NCBI GenBank assembly: GCA_040437565.1
Contig: JBDOQK010000015.1
Coordinates: 248,001-312,000 of the forward strand
Source of the DNA: Albugo candida
Taxonomy: Eukaryota
Reading direction: 5' to 3'
DNA length: 64,000 nucleotides
This document shows positions 36,694 through 48,774 of the stretch, in pieces (within the stretch, counting starts at the first letter, position 1; each line of letters begins with the position of its first letter). The position numbers and the translations under genes were made by a program. Under the pieces are notes generated by a model. The model saw only the letters and a program-made list of their open reading frames with translations, was not told the origin of the DNA and searched no databases.

Positions 36694-37824
36694 TCATACC
36701 AGTCTACGTGCTTTTATTTTCCGTGCTAGCATCGCAGGCTCAACATCGTGACGCAGTCGCTTTTTGGGACTTTCCGGTGGTGGTATTGTCTGTATCAGCT
36801 GCTCGCCTTCTGCGAGTAGAGGCCTTTCTTCAAAGAAATAATGATGCAATGCATCAGTGGCTGTAATGCGTTTATCTGGATCCAACTGAAGCATTTGCTG
36901 AAGCAAGTCAACGCCCAGATCAGATAGCCGATGCTCTAATTTCGACGTGAGTGCTGCCGGATGGGTGTCTTTAAACTTGAGGTAGCAAGGAAGATTACAA
37001 GCTTCCTGAGTATCGGTATTCAGTACATCGCAGTGACAACAAATAAACAAGGAGTACAAACCTTCCATCCATTTTCTGTTGGTGATCCTAGAACCGCAAA
37101 GACTTTGCTTAAGTGATCAATGTCTGACACACCTTCGAAGAGCGGCTTCCCCAAGACCATTTCGGCAAAGATACACCCCACAGACCACATATCCACTGCC
37201 TTACCGTATTGATCATCACCAAAAAAGAGCTCTGGAGCCCGATATGTTCTCGTTACGACCTCAATTGACCGAGTTGTGTGTTCCGCTTTGATCCTTGTGG
37301 CCATGCCCATATCACCAATTTTGGCAAAAAATGTCGTATGCTCACGACCAGTGACTAATATATTATTTGGTTTTAGATCCCGATGCAGTATATCCCGTTG
37401 ATGTAGTTCATTGACTCCTTTCAATAGAAATGTCAAGTATGCTTTTATTTCAGCAATTGTCAATCGCTCGGTGCCATCTGTAGTACCACTGCGTCCCCGC
37501 TTGCTCAGCACTTTTTCAACATCGCTTTCCATAAATTCCATGATCATATAGAGCTTTTCACCTCTTCGCACGCAATCCTTCAGCTTATCAGCACAAAAGC
37601 GTGAATTTTTTGTCAGCGAATGTCCAGCCTAATACCTGTATAATATGCTTCGCATCATGACAAGTCTTCAATATGTCAGCTTCATTCTCTCCATTGACAG
37701 GAATCTTTTTGATCGCTACCTTCGTTCCATTTTCTGGATCCCATCCTTCATAAACGGAGCCATACGTTCCTCTCCCAATCTCTTGACGCCGCTCATATTT
37801 TCCAATCAACTTGTACTTGGCCAT
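36694..37824 (-). CDS. CMGC/CDK-like kinase (CDK7/CDK20-like, atypical), 3 exons
   Basis: GRGTYGSV, VAIKK, HRDLKPNNIL, DMG (in place of DFG), VVTRTYRAPELFFG, VDMWSVGCIFAEM, SDIDHL..VF.VLGSP, DPDKRITATDALHH. Confidence 0.88.
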
Positions 37825-37959
37825 CACTTCTGAGTGGATCAAAATTGATCTGAAAGCAAACAATCGGTAGAACGCACGAGATGTGGTAATGGCATTTGAA
37901 ACGACATTGAATCTATTTAAATTCATAATTCACGAATTATATCTCCAGACTATTTTCAT

Positions 37960-39282
37960 TTAGTTCTTCGGCAAAAGCACAGACGGACTAGGTTGTAGAT
38001 CTGCGTCAATTTGCTGGAGCTCATTAGATAAAATAGGACGATCAATAACAGCTTCACTGGCGATTTCCGCACCAACTTCTCCCCGTATAGCTCGAAGGAC
38101 TCTTTCCTGCTCATCTGAATGATGCTCTAGATCATCTAAGTATAAACTGTACGTCTCAATCAGTCCTTGACGAATTCGGAAGGGCAAATAGCTCGCAATT
38201 GGTTCTGTCAATAACATGGCATCCAATTCTAATGGCACACTTTCCTGCAAATTCCACAAAGAGTTTGCATTAAAGCTCGAGTGACCAGGTTTAAAATAAA
38301 TGATAAGCGAACCAAAAAAGAAGCGGTCCCCGTCAGCCAAATAATCAGTGCAACAGATGCGTGAGTGCACGTTCCAATGACGCTAGCCCACGAAAGTTCC
38401 ATTGCCTGTCGAAATCGTAAGATATAGTAGATGTATTTAGCAGTCCCCACGCCAATGTACCCAAAACCGAGTAGCAATAGTCCTGAATGTACGTTTAGAA
38501 TGATAAGTCAAACGCAAATTGTGAGATCTCGGAACGGAGTACTCACCCGCCCCACTCAATTGTGCACCGCGATGATGCTCTTGGGCATACATTGCAACTC
38601 CAACACCAGATGATAAAACACCATTCCTTGCCCAGTTTAGGTACGAATTCTCATTGCTGAATCTCAGAACCTGCATCAATCTCGCTAATGAGATCCACTT
38701 TTGAGATACGTCTTGACTAAAGCGCGTACCAGAGCATCTTTTGACAGACTCAGACGACTATTTGTCGTGTGCGTTCGCCTGGAGGCATTTAGCGATTCCT
38801 TTACAGTGGTTTCTACCTGTTTTAGCGTTGGTGAGGATGCCGATGCCGGATTATTAGAATCTTCAAACAAAAAAAAATTGATGGTTGCAATGTTATCCAA
38901 AGTATCAACGCGAACCTGGACGTCGGAATTTTCCCCTAAATCTTGCAAAGCACGATTTTTTCCGGTGACAGTTAGTCCTTTTGCGATGTACAGCTCCATT
39001 CAGAGTCTGTTTTCCAGAGCGTGCTTTACTTATGGTATCGACTGATTTTTGTTGCTCTAAAACTCTATGAACTCTTGCTGCTGAAGTGCTGCCAGAAGTA
39101 GGTGTACACATGCCCCGAACGTTGATTCCATTAGAGTTTGGAGTGTTTTTTGTTGGAGATTTATTTATCCATTGAATTTGAGACCTATATTTATTAGTAT
39201 TTGATGGCGTCAAATAGACACGTTTGCATCGAATTGCTTGCATACTCCACATCGCTCTTGATACAACACGACAGGACGACAT
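37960..39282 (-). CDS. TMEM160-like (DUF202-related) membrane protein with a probable mitochondrial presequence; multi-exon
   Basis: Spliced core LSKDALVLRFSNENSYLNWARNGVLSSGVGVAM followed by two further TM segments resembles TMEM160 (DAWLLRKAHETAFLSWFRNGLLASGIGV). R/S-rich, acid-free N-terminus. 5' exon boundaries are uncertain. Confidence 0.65.
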
Positions 39283-39405
39283 TCTTGTCAGACCCAAAAA
39301 CCTACGTTGATTGGTGGATATCTACGACTGCTAGATGAAAATGACGCTATAGACTGAGCACGAATTTTGACTCGGACCTATTGTATTTAGCAGTTTCTAT
39401 GTTGC

Positions 39406-40693
39406 CTATTTCACTACCTTCTTTACAGATTCATACTTGGTAGGTGCTGAACTAGAGTGAGCCATCTCTTTTGCGGATATGTAAGCATACATAGCTCCAC
39501 CGAGAGTTACGATTCCGATCCCTATCATTTTTCGTATTGATATTGGCTCATTGCTCAGAATGAGCGAGAGAGTAATCACGAACACTTGTTTGACGTTTCC
39601 GCAAACGCATAATGTGACGGGAGAAGTGACCTGATTCGCATAAAAGCTTGTGATGTTCAGAAGAAAACTGATGATTCCCGTTATGATGTACCAGACGCTC
39701 AGCGCGGGGAGTTCATGCCGTCTCTCATATAACACATTTTTTTCTTCAGTCAGCTGTATGGCCAGTAAACACCAGAGAGCAGACAAGGGTGCCTGGTGCA
39801 AGATCAAGTCGACAGGATGTAGCTTCAAATCTCCGGTGAGAAACTTGCTCGAAAGTACTGCTTTGAGTCCAGCGAATAGTACCGCTGCTAATGTGATGAG
39901 AAAGCCAAGAAATGTGCAAGAATTGTCTCCGGTACATGCCAGGTAGACGCCACATGCGACTGGAAGAAGAGCTGCTTTCCGTTTGTAAGAATACGTCTTG
40001 CCCAAGATCACAATACTCAATCCTACCACGACAGAAGGAACCAGAGCTCGCATGATCTGATTGAAGCTGATGGAAACAAGTCCCAGACTCCAGTTGCCGA
40101 AGATGATGTTACTCACAAATATCAAACTGAAGTTTAGCATCAGCCACTGCTGAGATCTGTTTAATGGTTTTCTGTGAATTCCGCGGTAGACATGGACAAA
40201 TATGAAAGCACCAATGGAGTTACAGATCATATGGACAAACGTAAGCTATGGAGAAACAAGGAGAAGTTAGTAAAGGTTGGATCGTATGTGGCGACGTTCA
40301 CACCGTTACAGGGAGCCTTATTGCTGTCAGTGCTTTTTTGTTCCAGAATGTGACCCCGACATTCTGCATGAACCACATGCCAAGCCAAAAAAACACAAAA
40401 GACGGAGCAACGTACGTAGTCTTAGCCATTCCGCCGTGTTGTGTCGATGATCCTAAATGGTCGGATATGCTGTCAGATTGCTCGAGCTGGGGTTTAATTG
40501 GAGGTTGTCCTTCACTGTTTTCCTCTTCTTGTATGCACAAGCCTATATATGTCACGGATGCGGGTTTTGTCTTGGGCTTAGTCGGAGCCGTAGCAAGCTC
40601 ACACGATGAACCTGCCTTTGAAACCTCTTCCTTCGAATCAGTGACATTGTATATCTTAAAGAAATGAGCGCTGACTAAATGCACAAGCTCCAT
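39406..40693 (-). CDS. Triose-phosphate/nucleotide-sugar transporter family (TPT, SLC35E-like), 2 exons
   Basis: VTFWNK, LPVT, GNWSLGLVSISFNQIMRALVP, AGLKAVLS, TSPVTLCVCGNVKQV; about 10 TM helices. Confidence 0.9.
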
Positions 40694-42786
40694 TTCTATC
40701 AGAATGATCTGTTTGTGCCGCCTACGCTTTATCCGACTCCTTGAAGAGTCTCCTCGATCAATTATCGAGAAGAAATATCCTGATCCATACTCGACCTAGG
40801 ACATCCTCGTGTATATATTGTACATATCATTCATTTAAGCAGTGAGCTGCAATCGCCCTGATGTGACTAGCAATCGATTTCACAAGTGCTTGTTCGCTGC
40901 GTGATATGTTTGGAGTACTCATGATATCAGTCTGCTGTGGGGTACTATTGCTCAATTTGTTGAAGATTGCTTAGCATCAAGTGTTGCCTTCCGGTTACTG
41001 TGAAAATGTCGTAATAAGTGTCTGGGTCGCTTTTTGTTCGCACTATGATACTGATATCGACCAGAAAAAGAAGGATGGAAATGAAGAGAACTCCTAGAAA
41101 TTTGTACCAGTATAGCTGCACTATATTGTTCTAATCGCCTTTTTCCGAGCCTGCTGGTGCCAAATCTCAGTTTCATACTTATCTCCTAGCTGCATTCCTC
41201 ATTTAACTGACCACGTACGCAAAAAATGCACCGCCCTTCCATTTTCCTCACTTCCTCACTCGAATCACAAGAAATAAGCATTGTGTGATCGACGCGACTC
41301 GAGCGGGGCAAGCTGTCGCTTTGCGTCTGCGTGCTTATCGAGTCAGGTCGATCGTTCACAGCAGCACTGCTACTAATCAGATCTCCTTTCTCCGCACGCA
41401 ATTGTTCCTATTTAGTTGCTGATGTCACGCTGGGAAGTGCTTTATATACGTGATGGAGCGATTCGATCACACGGCTTATTCTATCGGTCTCTTCAGCTGC
41501 TATCTCGTGTCTAAGCCTCTGCGGTGAACATATTTTACGCTTTGTGACCTATGTACATCACTTTGCAATTATGGCAATCAAAGACTTGCAAATCGAGCTC
41601 ACAATGAGCTGGGCGGCGCCGTTGAAATGAAGCAGATCGAGAAAGTCATTACGACGTCGTCATAAAGCAGCACTTGAATGAACGGAGTTACTTTGTATGA
41701 TGCAAGCATTCTTTGATCAAAACAAGAAATTAGTATTTTTGATACCTTCCGGTGAGCCAAGCTTGAACTGCTTGCAAGGACGCAAGGAAGAATTGCTGAA
41801 AACAGAATATCGACTACCTAGCTTTGATATTATCAGCTTTGAGAAATGCCGCACATCGAAACATGCAAAAGCTACAAGCAAGGCATAAACCCTCCCAGTT
41901 GACCAAATCAAGGAAGGCTACAAGATCGTTGTTTGACCAGCTTTATTTGACGCTTCTATACAATTGTACGAATTCTCATCATATGATCGGTTTGTATTGC
42001 ACACGTCTTCCGCGTATTCTCCCACGCCACTATTCACCTCTATTGTTTCCAAGTTCAAATCACTGTGTTAGCAAGGAATCCTGCGAGACGAGAACAGTCT
42101 TACTGTCCAAAAATTCGACACCGCCATTTTCTCGTCAGCAATGTGCACAGACCGAGTGCTAAATGCTGGATTTGTAAAGCAGTGAAGCAGCTAACGTGAC
42201 ACTAATAATATTTGCCCGCTTTCGCCCCATCGGTCGAGCAATGTGATTGAGATTCTTTCTGCGAGGCTGCAATTTTTTTGTTAAAGACGTGAACTCGCTC
42301 ATTGTGCTATTTAGTACCGATTGCCATGGAGGCGACATTGAGATGTAGTGCAGAATCTATAACTTTACATAATAGAAAAACTGTCGCCGTGTGGAAGGCT
42401 AAGCAATCCACGCATTTATGAGCGCTGATATATTTCCTTACTTTCGTGTTCCAGCCGAGGATTTTGCGATCGGAATATGTACGACCTCATGCATATGATA
42501 GTTTTACAAGGACAAAAGCTCGTACATTATAGCGAAATGATGCTCAAAAGCCAGCACTTACTCGGCTCTTCAACCTGACTTGGTGTACCATTCCCATTAA
42601 GAGACGAGTTGGCTTGTCCACTCTACTTATACGTCAATTTGTTTAACAAAATTGCATGTGGAAGCAAGGGTGGTAAAAAAAATCTAGATTTCTAAGCGTA
42701 GGATCAATATAATCCTCATAAACCTAGCACCACCACTATCTCAATCTCCAGAGTTGAGACGAGTACCACTCCAAAAATTTTGCACC

Positions 42787-43664
42787 CTAATTCCATGGTA
42801 TGCATGCCTTCGTGTAGTACGTCCACCAAGTCATCTCCAATTCCCCGATACGCTTTGTTTCTTCCCATGGTTTGGGGTTGGATGAAAAGTGCAAAATCTT
42901 AAGCGGCTTTAGCGCTTCCCAGTATCCAGGGTTCTTGGAATTTACCAGCCAATGCATCGTGCGTTGAGCATTGTAGCGGAAATGAAGGCGTGAAATAGCA
43001 TCTCGTTCAAACCAATCCGGAAAGACAAGATTGAGAAAGCCAGTATCTCCTATCGATGACAAATTTTTGATTGATTATTTTGAACAGTGATTGGTAGGAG
43101 GTACCTCCATCATACGACTTGACAGCTCGAGCTTTTGCCAATAATTCTTGAAAAACGTTATAGTCGGGCTTTACAACCAGAACACCAGCATTAAATCGAT
43201 CAGGAGGAAAGATATCAGGTGCAGCGGCAAAGTTCGTGTCCAGATCAAAAAGCTACAGCATATTATGTGTCTATGAGTGATTTGTCTTCTCATTCACGGA
43301 CCTCGTCTATGTTTGTCAAGATGAGTGCATCCGCATCTATATATACTATCTTTTGGTATTCTTTCAAGCCGAAAATATGTAATTTTGTGTAAGCTGAGTT
43401 CAGCCAGCTTGTAACATGAGCTTCGGGTGGATCAGCGTTATAAGCAGGGATTGGGATGGCATCTACACGCTTCAATTTGATTCGTTCTGACATTCGCAAA
43501 GGTCTGAGGAAACAACGCAATCTGTCAAGTACTCGTGTTGACACTTGCGAGGTGTAAAGTATCAGAAACGGAAATGAAGAATCGGTGCACGACCATGAAT
43601 ACAACAGTGCCTCCACTCCCATACGATATTCATCAGATGTGATCATAGTTGCGTAGGTTTGCAT
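42787..43664 (-). CDS. Glycogenin-like glycosyltransferase family 8 protein, 3 exons
   Basis: YATMITSDEY, YTKLHIFGL..Y.KIVYIDAD...LTNIDELF, AAPD..PPDRFNAGV, SYDGGDTGFLN, YNAQ, ILHFS..PKPW. Confidence 0.92.
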
Positions 43665-43675
43665 AGCGCGCTGTT

Positions 43676-43873
43676 CGTAAGAGATAGTTTAAAGGACCCT
43701 TTTAAAGTTTATAATTAAATGCAANNNNNNNNNNNNNNNNNNNNNNNNNNNNNNNNNNNNNNNNNNNNNNNNNNNNNNNNNNNNNNNNNNNNNNNNNNNN
43801 NNNNNNNNNNNNNNNNNNNNNNNNCGTAAGAGATAGTTTAAAGGACCCTTTTAAAGTTTATAATTAAATGCAA
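43676..43873. repeat. Gap-flanking duplication (43676-43724 = 43825-43873), assembly artefact
   Basis: Identical 49 bp either side of the 100-N gap. Confidence 0.9.
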
Positions 43874-44271
43874 TAAAGTCCGACCTAACAAGGTTGTGAA
43901 ATAATCAGAAAACTCTATTGAATGCCGTAGATGGAGCGTCAATGGGCGTGTCGGACATAGCCACTTCTACAGTAATAACACCCTATACTCAACTGCTGTT
44001 TTACCCACGATTCCTGAGTCAAAAAAATTTCAAGTACGAAATTCAAGGCCTTGTAACATGATCGAGCCGCACGTTTTCGCCTTTCTGCACTTTCTTACTC
44101 GAAAACAACGTTTCCTGGTGCTCCGAACTACTTCAGTATGACGCACCATAGTGTTCTTTAAAAATAAGGAGACTATTTGAAATTTCGTTACCTGCATTTT
44201 CTACCACAAATTTTGACATCTGACAAAGCAAGGCCTCATCTACTCGTGTCAAAAAGTTGAATGCAGACACT

Positions 44272-45966
44272 ATGCATCAAATCAACGATCAGTCTCCGTT
44301 GATAGAACTAGAACATGCTCAGCTAGCCGCCTATCAGGAGCGCGTCCGGAGAATTCAGGATAATGCTATCGAGCAGTACGATTTGTTCCTGGGAACCAAC
44401 AAGACTGGCAGGACGTGTCGACCACCGTGCAAAGTGCTCGCTCAGGTGGAGAATGTAGCAGCATTCACCACTCCGCGATACAAAGGCACTGATCATATTG
44501 TGACACAAGTACATGGATATATATCAGGAGACTTTGAACACATTATGAGCTTTTTCTATTCAGAAACGACTGATGAGCTCTATGAATGGAGCCAGTATAT
44601 GTATTATCAAATAGCAGGGGGAGGTGTGCTTTGTAATATTCAGATCGTCTCCACCGGATGTTCAAAATCATATCTTGGGGTCAAATATATACTATCTCAA
44701 GCACCGAAAGGTATTACAGGGAGGTGCTTTCTCGAATATATGACTTATGTTAAAGATGAAAGTGATCGTACGCTTGGTATTCGCATTGTGACTCCTGTGG
44801 AATGGGACCCTAGCTCCAAAGAACTTTCCAAGCATACTGACGTTATTGTGCGGGAAATGGAAACGGTGTATATATTTCGATCAATGCCGAATCGACCGAC
44901 AGAAACGGAGGTATTCGCTATGGGCGATCCTGAATTTTGCGGGGTAGACAGTGCGGCATCTTCTTACCGATGGCAATTGGAAAAGTTACGAAATATTTCT
45001 GTTTATATTGAGTCAAGAGAGATTTGCCGCCGTGGAATTTTGAATCGGAGCGATTGGATACCCGACCATGCTCGTATAGCGTGTAGCATTTGCGCCCGCA
45101 AGTTTAATGCCACAAGACATCGCCATCATTGTCGGATGTGTGGGGAAGTTGTATGTCGTAAATGTATTGTGCTTCGTCACGTAAGCGGTAAAAGTCAAAA
45201 ATATAGAATCAGAGCACTGAAGACGAAATTTTGTGTCGCTTGCGTCGCAATGTTGCGCCCAAATTGCCCGCCACAAAATAAGAACGTGATAACTCCAACA
45301 TTTACTCAATCCCTGTTGGGTGCCAGCTCAAATGATCGCAATCGAGATGCATTTTCCACAAGCACATCTGGAAAGTATATGGAAAGCCTGATTCGCTCAC
45401 GGAAGTCAGATACGCCATTGGAAAACAAATCAAACATGTTTGAAGAATTCTTGAATGAAGATGAAATATTTGGACTTAATTCAAGACGTCTCTCTCTGAG
45501 TCGACTGCGAGTCATGCGTGAAGAGCTTTTGGCCAACCAGAGACAGCAAGAAGCAGTTCAAGCTACTGAGCTTTGGCTACAAAGCTATGATAAGCATTCA
45601 TCCAGTGGTTCTTTGAGGCACGAACAACGTCGTAAGACTTCGGTCACTGAAAGTCAAAGCGTCCAGGATGACGCTAATGAACGAATTGACCCAAAAGCAA
45701 AAGATACTGAACATCGACAGATTGTCGAACATGGAAAACGGACTTTGAATCAATGCATTGCAGAGCAAGAGGTTCTATTACAACAACTTGTTTCAGCTTT
45801 GCACTCGCATCACATTTCCAATGAAGCTCTGACTCCTATGAGAACTCGACCTTATGAGCTGAGCCCAATGGCCAAACCTTCCGCATCATATACCAACATT
45901 ACTGCTGATTTCAGCTCAGGTCCATCCTCTTATTCAGATGACGATATTGGTTTTTATGAGATTTGA
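44272..45966 (+). CDS. START-like + FYVE zinc-finger protein (architecture expanded in oomycetes)
   Basis: WIPD...CSIC..KF..TRHRHHCRMCGEVVCRKC...CVAC is a FYVE domain. The N-terminal ~250 aa resembles the START-like module of this family. Confidence 0.85.
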   Translation: MHQINDQSPLIELEHAQLAAYQERVRRIQDNAIEQYDLFLGTNKTGRTCRPPCKVLAQVENVAAFTTPRYKGTDHIVTQVHGYISGDFEHIMSFFYSETTDELYEWSQYMYYQIAGGGVLCNIQIVSTGCSKSYLGVKYILSQAPKGITGRCFLEYMTYVKDESDRTLGIRIVTPVEWDPSSKELSKHTDVIVREMETVYIFRSMPNRPTETEVFAMGDPEFCGVDSAASSYRWQLEKLRNISVYIESREICRRGILNRSDWIPDHARIACSICARKFNATRHRHHCRMCGEVVCRKCIVLRHVSGKSQKYRIRALKTKFCVACVAMLRPNCPPQNKNVITPTFTQSLLGASSNDRNRDAFSTSTSGKYMESLIRSRKSDTPLENKSNMFEEFLNEDEIFGLNSRRLSLSRLRVMREELLANQRQQEAVQATELWLQSYDKHSSSGSLRHEQRRKTSVTESQSVQDDANERIDPKAKDTEHRQIVEHGKRTLNQCIAEQEVLLQQLVSALHSHHISNEALTPMRTRPYELSPMAKPSASYTNITADFSSGPSSYSDDDIGFYEI

Positions 45967-46067
45967 TCGAAGTAAATCAAAGCTTGCGTCAATCATTCGG
46001 AACCTCCAACCAATTTATCTGGGCGATAGACGGACGACCTTGGGAAGGCTGCATAAAGTGTGGATAT

Positions 46068-46383
46068 CCACTACGTGAATTTGAATGTGTGACTGCAGGA
46101 CACAGTAATGATACTTCACTTCATTATAAAAGAGGTCAAAAGCTCATTGCAATAGCTTCGCCGATCTCTCTCCTANNNNNNNNNNNNNNNNNNNNNNNNN
46201 NNNNNNNNNNNNNNNNNNNNNNNNNNNNNNNNNNNNNNNNNNNNNNNNNNNNNNNNNNNNNNNNNNNNNNNNNNNCCACTACGTGAATTTGAATGTGTGA
46301 CTGCAGGACACAGTAATGATACTTCACTTCATTATAAAAGAGGTCAAAAGCTCATTGCAATAGCTTCGCCGATCTCTCTCCTA
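46068..46383. repeat. Gap-flanking duplication (46068-46175 = 46276-46383), assembly artefact
   Basis: Identical 108 bp either side of the 100-N gap. Confidence 0.9.
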
Positions 46384-46615
46384 TCTCATTTCGTACTCCA
46401 CCATATTTTTCGTCTATGTAACCAACTTGGCGACCAAAGTGAAAACCTCGGTCGATTTTCTGGGCTTTTGATTGTCTCTCGATATCGTCCGTTTGCATTC
46501 AGTTACCTCATATTATCCAAGACACTTCATTCATCAGTCGCATCGCGAGACACCGCTTCAGACAGACCTGCACTGCAAGCTACACAGCCAGCGGAATAGA
46601 TTATCGATCTTCTCA

Positions 46616-48774
46616 ATGTCGATCCCACCGTTAATTACACGCGTGGAGTTGCATCACACAAACATGCGCAGTGACGTATTTCGTAGTGCGAATCATGCAC
46701 CTTGTCGCCAATTAAAGCATTTGGAGAAAAGTATGTTTCGAGCAAACACGGTGGACATTTCAGATTTGAAGCAGAAGGAAGCTTCGGTCTTTCACGAAGA
46801 CACTGTCTCTGAGCCATATTTGTCGTTCGATTCTAATATGGATAAATTACGTGCGCTACCACAGAAAAAAAGCGAGAAAAATTTTGCAAATTTCACTGGC
46901 ACAGCTTTTAAACTTGTAGCTCCCACAAATACGATCGAATGGGCAGATGTCGCTCTGCTCAACCTCCAGCAGATATTTCATGATGTAAAACTTCTTTTTT
47001 TCGCAAATGAAGATGAGGTCACATTTGAATTTTGATAGGGAGAAGCACACAAATTAGCACCCTTTCATGGTTATTGCTTGTATGGAGACGTGCTGGCCCA
47101 AGATACTTCGCAGACCTATATTGTGATTCGAGAGGAGGAATTGAAAGCCTTCCAGGCCTGTCAGTTACTTCTGCAATACATTTCACACTCCATCCAGCAC
47201 TTAGGTGACCATGAAAAACATTACGCACGACAAGCTCGTATATTAATTGAAAAACGGTCAGAATTACACAAGAAGCATCACCATCTCAAATCTCAGAAGA
47301 AGGTTTTGGGTAGAGAACTGGGAGAAATGAAAAATCTTGCAAGATTTTCATAAAATCGAGCAAGATTTTTCATTTCTCCCAGTTCTCTACCCAAAACCTT
47401 CTTCTGAGATTTGAGATGGTGATNNNNNNNNNNNNNNNNNNNNNNNNNNNNNNNNNNNNNNNNNNNNNNNNNNNNNNNNNNNNNNNNNNNNNNNNNNNNN
47501 NNNNNNNNNNNNNNNNNNNNNNNTTAGCACCCTTTCATGGTTATTGCTTGTATGGAGACGTGCTGGCCCAAGATACTTCGCAGACCTATTTTGTGATTCG
47601 AGAGGAGGAATTGAAAGCCTTCCAGGCCTGTCAGTTACTTCTGCAATACATTTCACACTCCATCCAGCACTTAGGTGACCATGAAAAACATTACGCACGA
47701 CAAGCTCGTATATTAATTGAAAAACGGTCAGAATTACACAAGCAGCATCACCATCTCAAATCTCAGAAGAAGGTTTTGGGTAGAGAACTGGGAGAAATGA
47801 AAAATCTTGCTCGATTTTATGAAAATCTTGCAGGGAAGACTCCGAAAAGAGCTGACATAGCTCCGAAAGATCTAGAGCGAATGGAAGGAACAGTTAAAAG
47901 ACCTAATGAAGTTGATGAAGGCTGCCTGGTAGGGAATCATGACCCAAGCGAGGTGAAAATTGCACAAAACCGCTCCTGCAATATAAAGTTGGATGAAAAA
48001 GGAAGCAAATTGATGGCCAAAGAAGAGACACGAGACAGATTTATACAAGTCGATCGACTACGCGATGATGCTTCTTCTAATCATGAGATGCTTTTCCGAC
48101 GAAAATCGTTTCCCCCTACTTCACACACTAAAGAAGAGCGTCTTGCAAAAAGTCTTTATAAAATTGCGCGTTATATGGTACCATGGATTACAAAATTGCG
48201 TGAAAAAAGAAGGCGAACGCAATTTGCGGCTGCAAATATCATTCGGCAGCACATAAAAAAATTATTACATTTCCAAAAAGAGCTGAGACGCACACAAGCT
48301 GAACAGAAAAAAATGGCATTCGAAGATTCAGTATCTGGTCAGCTCTCAATCATTGTGAACACCGCGGGAGGTACAGGGCGGTGTCATGAAGATCGAGTAA
48401 AACACAACAGTGGTTCAGAGACATCGAAGCATGCAATCACAGATGCTGAGAGTTTACTTGTCTTATTTCATAAAGTCCGAAGTATACTCATTGAGCTGAA
48501 TATAAATGGAGTCTCATATGAAAGAGTATTCAAAAAATGGGACACCAGTAATGATGACGAACTGGACCGCGCTGAATTTCGGGCTGGAATATATCAGATT
48601 TCTGGCTACAAAGTCAAACGGCGTCTTGTGCGAGCATTGATCGGCTTGATCCGGCAAAACGCAGGGCGTTCTAGTCCTATTCCATTACGAATATCAGTCG
48701 AAGAGTTTCAACTTGGCCTTCATTTAAGGCAAGATACAAAAAATAGCGAACAAGTTATCGAATGCGACTCATAG
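46616..48774 (+). CDS. Coiled-coil protein with an IQ-like motif and a C-terminal EF-hand
   Basis: EF-hand VFKKWDTSNDDELDRAEF, IQ-like AAANIIRQHIKK and a coiled-coil segment. Probable intron ~46986-47038. Interrupted by the artefactual duplication and fold-back at 47054-47810. Confidence 0.6.
47054..47810. repeat. Gap-flanking duplication (47054-47340 vs 47524-47810) with an inverted fold-back (47341-47423), assembly/library artefact
   Basis: Near-identical direct copies with two substitutions. 47341-47423 is the reverse complement of sequence at about 47747-47829. Confidence 0.9.

Noticed and set aside
40700-42780. Short ORFs in the long intergenic stretches (also 22710-25450, 48780-50500 and 53930-55900)
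   Set aside because: No recognisable domains and no consistent splice model found by eye. Small genes or ncRNAs cannot be excluded.
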